A stretch of 63,530 nucleotides of DNA, the filler included, from Octopus bimaculoides (Eukaryota), in assembly GCF_001194135.2 (NCBI RefSeq). It is 4 parts of 4 records of this genome, joined end to end, with 100 filler letters (N's around TTAATTAATTAA, not from the genome) between each part and the next. Parts side by side here need not be neighbours in the genome. Positions count along the whole stretch, not along the records: positions 58,010 to 63,530 come from NC_068982.1; 3 more parts are not named here. One strand, given 5' to 3'. A model generated the notes under the pieces. That model worked only from the letters and a program-made list of their open reading frames with translations. It had not been told where the DNA came from and ran no database searches. The number at the start of each line of letters is the position of its first letter. The first letter of the stretch is position 1. Shown here in pieces: positions 60,936 through 63,530 of this stretch. The position numbers were made by a program, and so were the translations under genes.

Positions 60936-62596
60936 TAGTNNNNNNNNNNNNNNNNNNNNNNNNNNNNNNNNNNNNNNNNNNNNNNNNNNNNNNNNNNNNN
61001 NNNNNNNNNNNNNNNNNNNNNNNNNNNNNNNNNNNNNNNCAATACTCTGTGTTTTGTAAGTTCTTGTTTCAACTGAATTGTTTGTAGCTTTACATTAGTA
61101 TGTTAATGAGGGTATTTATATTTCAGTGATTTAATAAATAAGTTTAGTACTAAGGACTATAATATATTCGTCTTAAGTGGTAATTGTATCACCATATTCG
61201 TAGTTAAATTTAATATATGAGTTATAATTATACTATCATCGTTATAAAAAATGATTATAAATATGTAAATTAAATTTAATACTAATAGTATATAAAGAAT
61301 TTTGTAAAAGGCCCTATCGTATTTAAAAATATATATTTCCTGTTATTTTTTCCGTAGGCAATGAATGTATAAATGTGTGATTTTCACTTCTTAATTACTA
61401 AGAATAACGCTTACATTAGTACGCATATATAAATTAGAATAATTCTTAAATTATATATCTTTTTGAATAATTGTGCATATATGAATATTTCTTGTAGACT
61501 CTTTATATTTATGATATTATGTTCTTTCGAAATTATATGCACATAAAAATTATGGCTTACTCCAATCTTAAATTGGCTTACACTAATGTTTTTCTTCAGT
61601 AAAACTAGATAAAGTTTTGATAATTTATTTATTTATATATTATTATCATTCTTATGTAAGAAAATGTATAGTGTAATGTGTAACTTTATACATATGTTTA
61701 ACATCGGCGTATTTAGAAGAAACTCTTGAATTAATGAATCGTTGATTAACAGTTTTTGTTAATGAATTTCGTGTGTGAATAAAATATATCCTTATTTATT
61801 ATTTCATAATACTGTATAGAAATTAGAAATATATTTCCTACTCCACTTCTTAATATATTATATAGATTCTATTATATTGATTTTATATGATAAAAATGGG
61901 CAGTGATTATTTTAGATTAAAATATCATTAGATTACTATTATTAAAGATGCATAAGAACATTTTATGACCGTTGTAATTGTTTTGTTTATTTAATTTATT
62001 TCAACTTTGGTTTCGATTTATATTTATTATAGGTTTAGATTATGAACGCTCACGCTTGCAAACATTGGTATATTTTAAATCAGTTTATTTTAGGATTTAG
62101 CAGTCCTTGCATGAAATCTTTGTCTATGTTTTAAAGAAATATTACTCTGACGAGGTTTATATATATATGTGTGTGTATTTTTTTATAAATTTACTAGTGG
62201 ATATGAATCGAAAAAATTCTAGGATATATATTCATTTTATTTATTTGTCATGTATTATATTATATCTTCTTACAGTATAATTATATTATAATATAATGTG
62301 AATAAATTTATAATACGTCAATTGTATTTATTTTTTTATACATACACCTACACACGCATATATGTGTATACATTTATTTATTTACTTTTTTAATTACTTG
62401 TGTATATCTGTGTGTCTGTGCCTGTGCCAATCGCCAATCGCCACTTCTGAGGGTTGTAGTATCGTTGGTCACGATCGTTGCTTCTCATTCCCTACTATAG
62501 GAAATAAGTCATGATTGGTATCTCTAATATTTTGCTCGTTTAAGGCGACCTCTTCAATCTACAATAGAATGGAATGAAAAATTGAAATAAATTAAA

Positions 62597-62723
62597 TCAA
62601 ATTTTCTTTAGATCAGTTCTAGAAGTTTTCATATTTGGATCCTCTCTGTTTGGCTGCAACCGTGGAAATGTTAAAGCTTCGGGAAAATTTCTAATAATCG
62701 GTGAATTGATGTAATGTTCCATG
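62597..62723 (-). CDS. Candidate terminal exon of minus-strand gene B (MEHYINSPIIRNFPEALTFPRLQPNREDPNMKTSRTDLKKI*)
   Basis: Acceptor tttcctctgaaattcag|, phase 2, stop at 62597-99, followed by very AT-rich UTR-like DNA. Confidence 0.35.
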
Positions 62724-62946
62724 CTGAATTTCAGAGGAAACTTCACTTTTATCTGGACATTATTTTAGAGAAAGTTACAGAGGTATATATTTTGATCATT
62801 TTTACTCATTAAGAAAAGAGGATTTGAGAGCTGTCATTTTATGCATAACTGCATTTGTTGTCAAACGCAAGCAAATGAAACATTGGGGAATTCTGCTTTA
62901 CGCACCCAATATAACCCCTCATAAGTTTTCTTACATTTTGTATGCT

Positions 62947-62987
<41 letters not shown>

Positions 62988-63093
62988 ACAATAAATTTAT
63001 ATGCATATCTAGACATGTATGCATGTATATATATGTGCATTAAAGAAAACAGTTTAATCTACAAGAAATGTTTAAGATTATGCTTACATTCAC

Positions 63094-63213
63094 ATTATAT
63101 CCGGGACAGTTGGAACAATTCTTAAATAAACACTACTTATGAAGTTGGAATATTGCTGTAATGAGCTACATGATTTATTCCAGCGAATGTTTCTCAATTC
63201 TGATTTAATTATA
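63094..63213 (-). CDS. Possible symmetric 120-nt exon of gene B (IIKSELRNIRWNKSC...VPDI)
   Basis: actttcag| acceptor, AAT|GTGAAT donor, phase 2-2; the implied upstream intron is only 47 nt, which is doubtful. Confidence 0.22.
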
Positions 63214-63260
63214 CTGAAAGTCATTACGCTAGGATTAGAGTATAATTGCATATTATTTAC

Positions 63261-63351
63261 CCTCTCGTTCGTTCATATTGTTCAGAATATTTAATAGAAT
63301 TCTGTTGGGCGGTTACAAAATAATTCCATCCTATCGAAATCCGGCGACGTG
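63261..63351 (-). CDS. Candidate exon of gene B (RRRISIGWNYFVTAQQNSIKYSEQYERTR, phase 1-2)
   Basis: Acceptor ttatttgtttattag|, donor AGG|GTAAAT, only one open frame; phase-compatible with the 62723 exon. Confidence 0.4.
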
Positions 63352-63497
63352 CTAATAAACAAATAATTCTCCTAATTTAGAAAGTGTGAAATATAAATCG
63401 AGACAATTACTTTGGGTAATTTAACTTAAATTTGAAAATTACCTAGACTTTTACAAACATCTACGAAATTATATAGTTTTCTTGCTGTCCTTTTTCA

Positions 63498-63530
63498 ACT
63501 CTTCTTCTTCTTCTTCTTCTTCTTCTTCTT
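63498..63530. repeat. (TTC)n microsatellite at window end
   Basis: Direct inspection. Confidence 0.9.

Overview
AT-rich, microsatellite- and retroposon-dense animal genomic DNA with many N gaps. The SINE repertoire suggests a coleoid cephalopod, most likely Octopus (inference, not database-verified). There is no prokaryote-style operon, CRISPR array, rRNA or tRNA gene, and almost all ORF-track entries are translated microsatellites or N runs. Left of about 26.3 kb, repeats are CpG-eroded and small phase-compatible candidate exons lie on the minus strand below a promoter-like region near 28.2 kb, consistent with a methylated gene body. Right of that, repeats retain their CpGs; this intergenic stretch holds mariner/Tc1 relics, Penelope relics, foldback elements and several SINE families, with possible terminal exons of a second minus-strand gene at 62.6-63.35 kb. 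The most distinctive object is a young 1.4-kb TIR element (17866-19300) inserted into a SINE with a TATA/AT duplication, carrying convergent THAP-domain and SAP-domain ORFs (ISL2EU/PHIS-like deletion derivative). Also notable are two intact-looking minimal hammerhead ribozymes on opposite strands at a 196-bp palindrome (26.8-27.1 kb) and a guild of retroposons inserted into (AAT)n/(ATT)n microsatellites.
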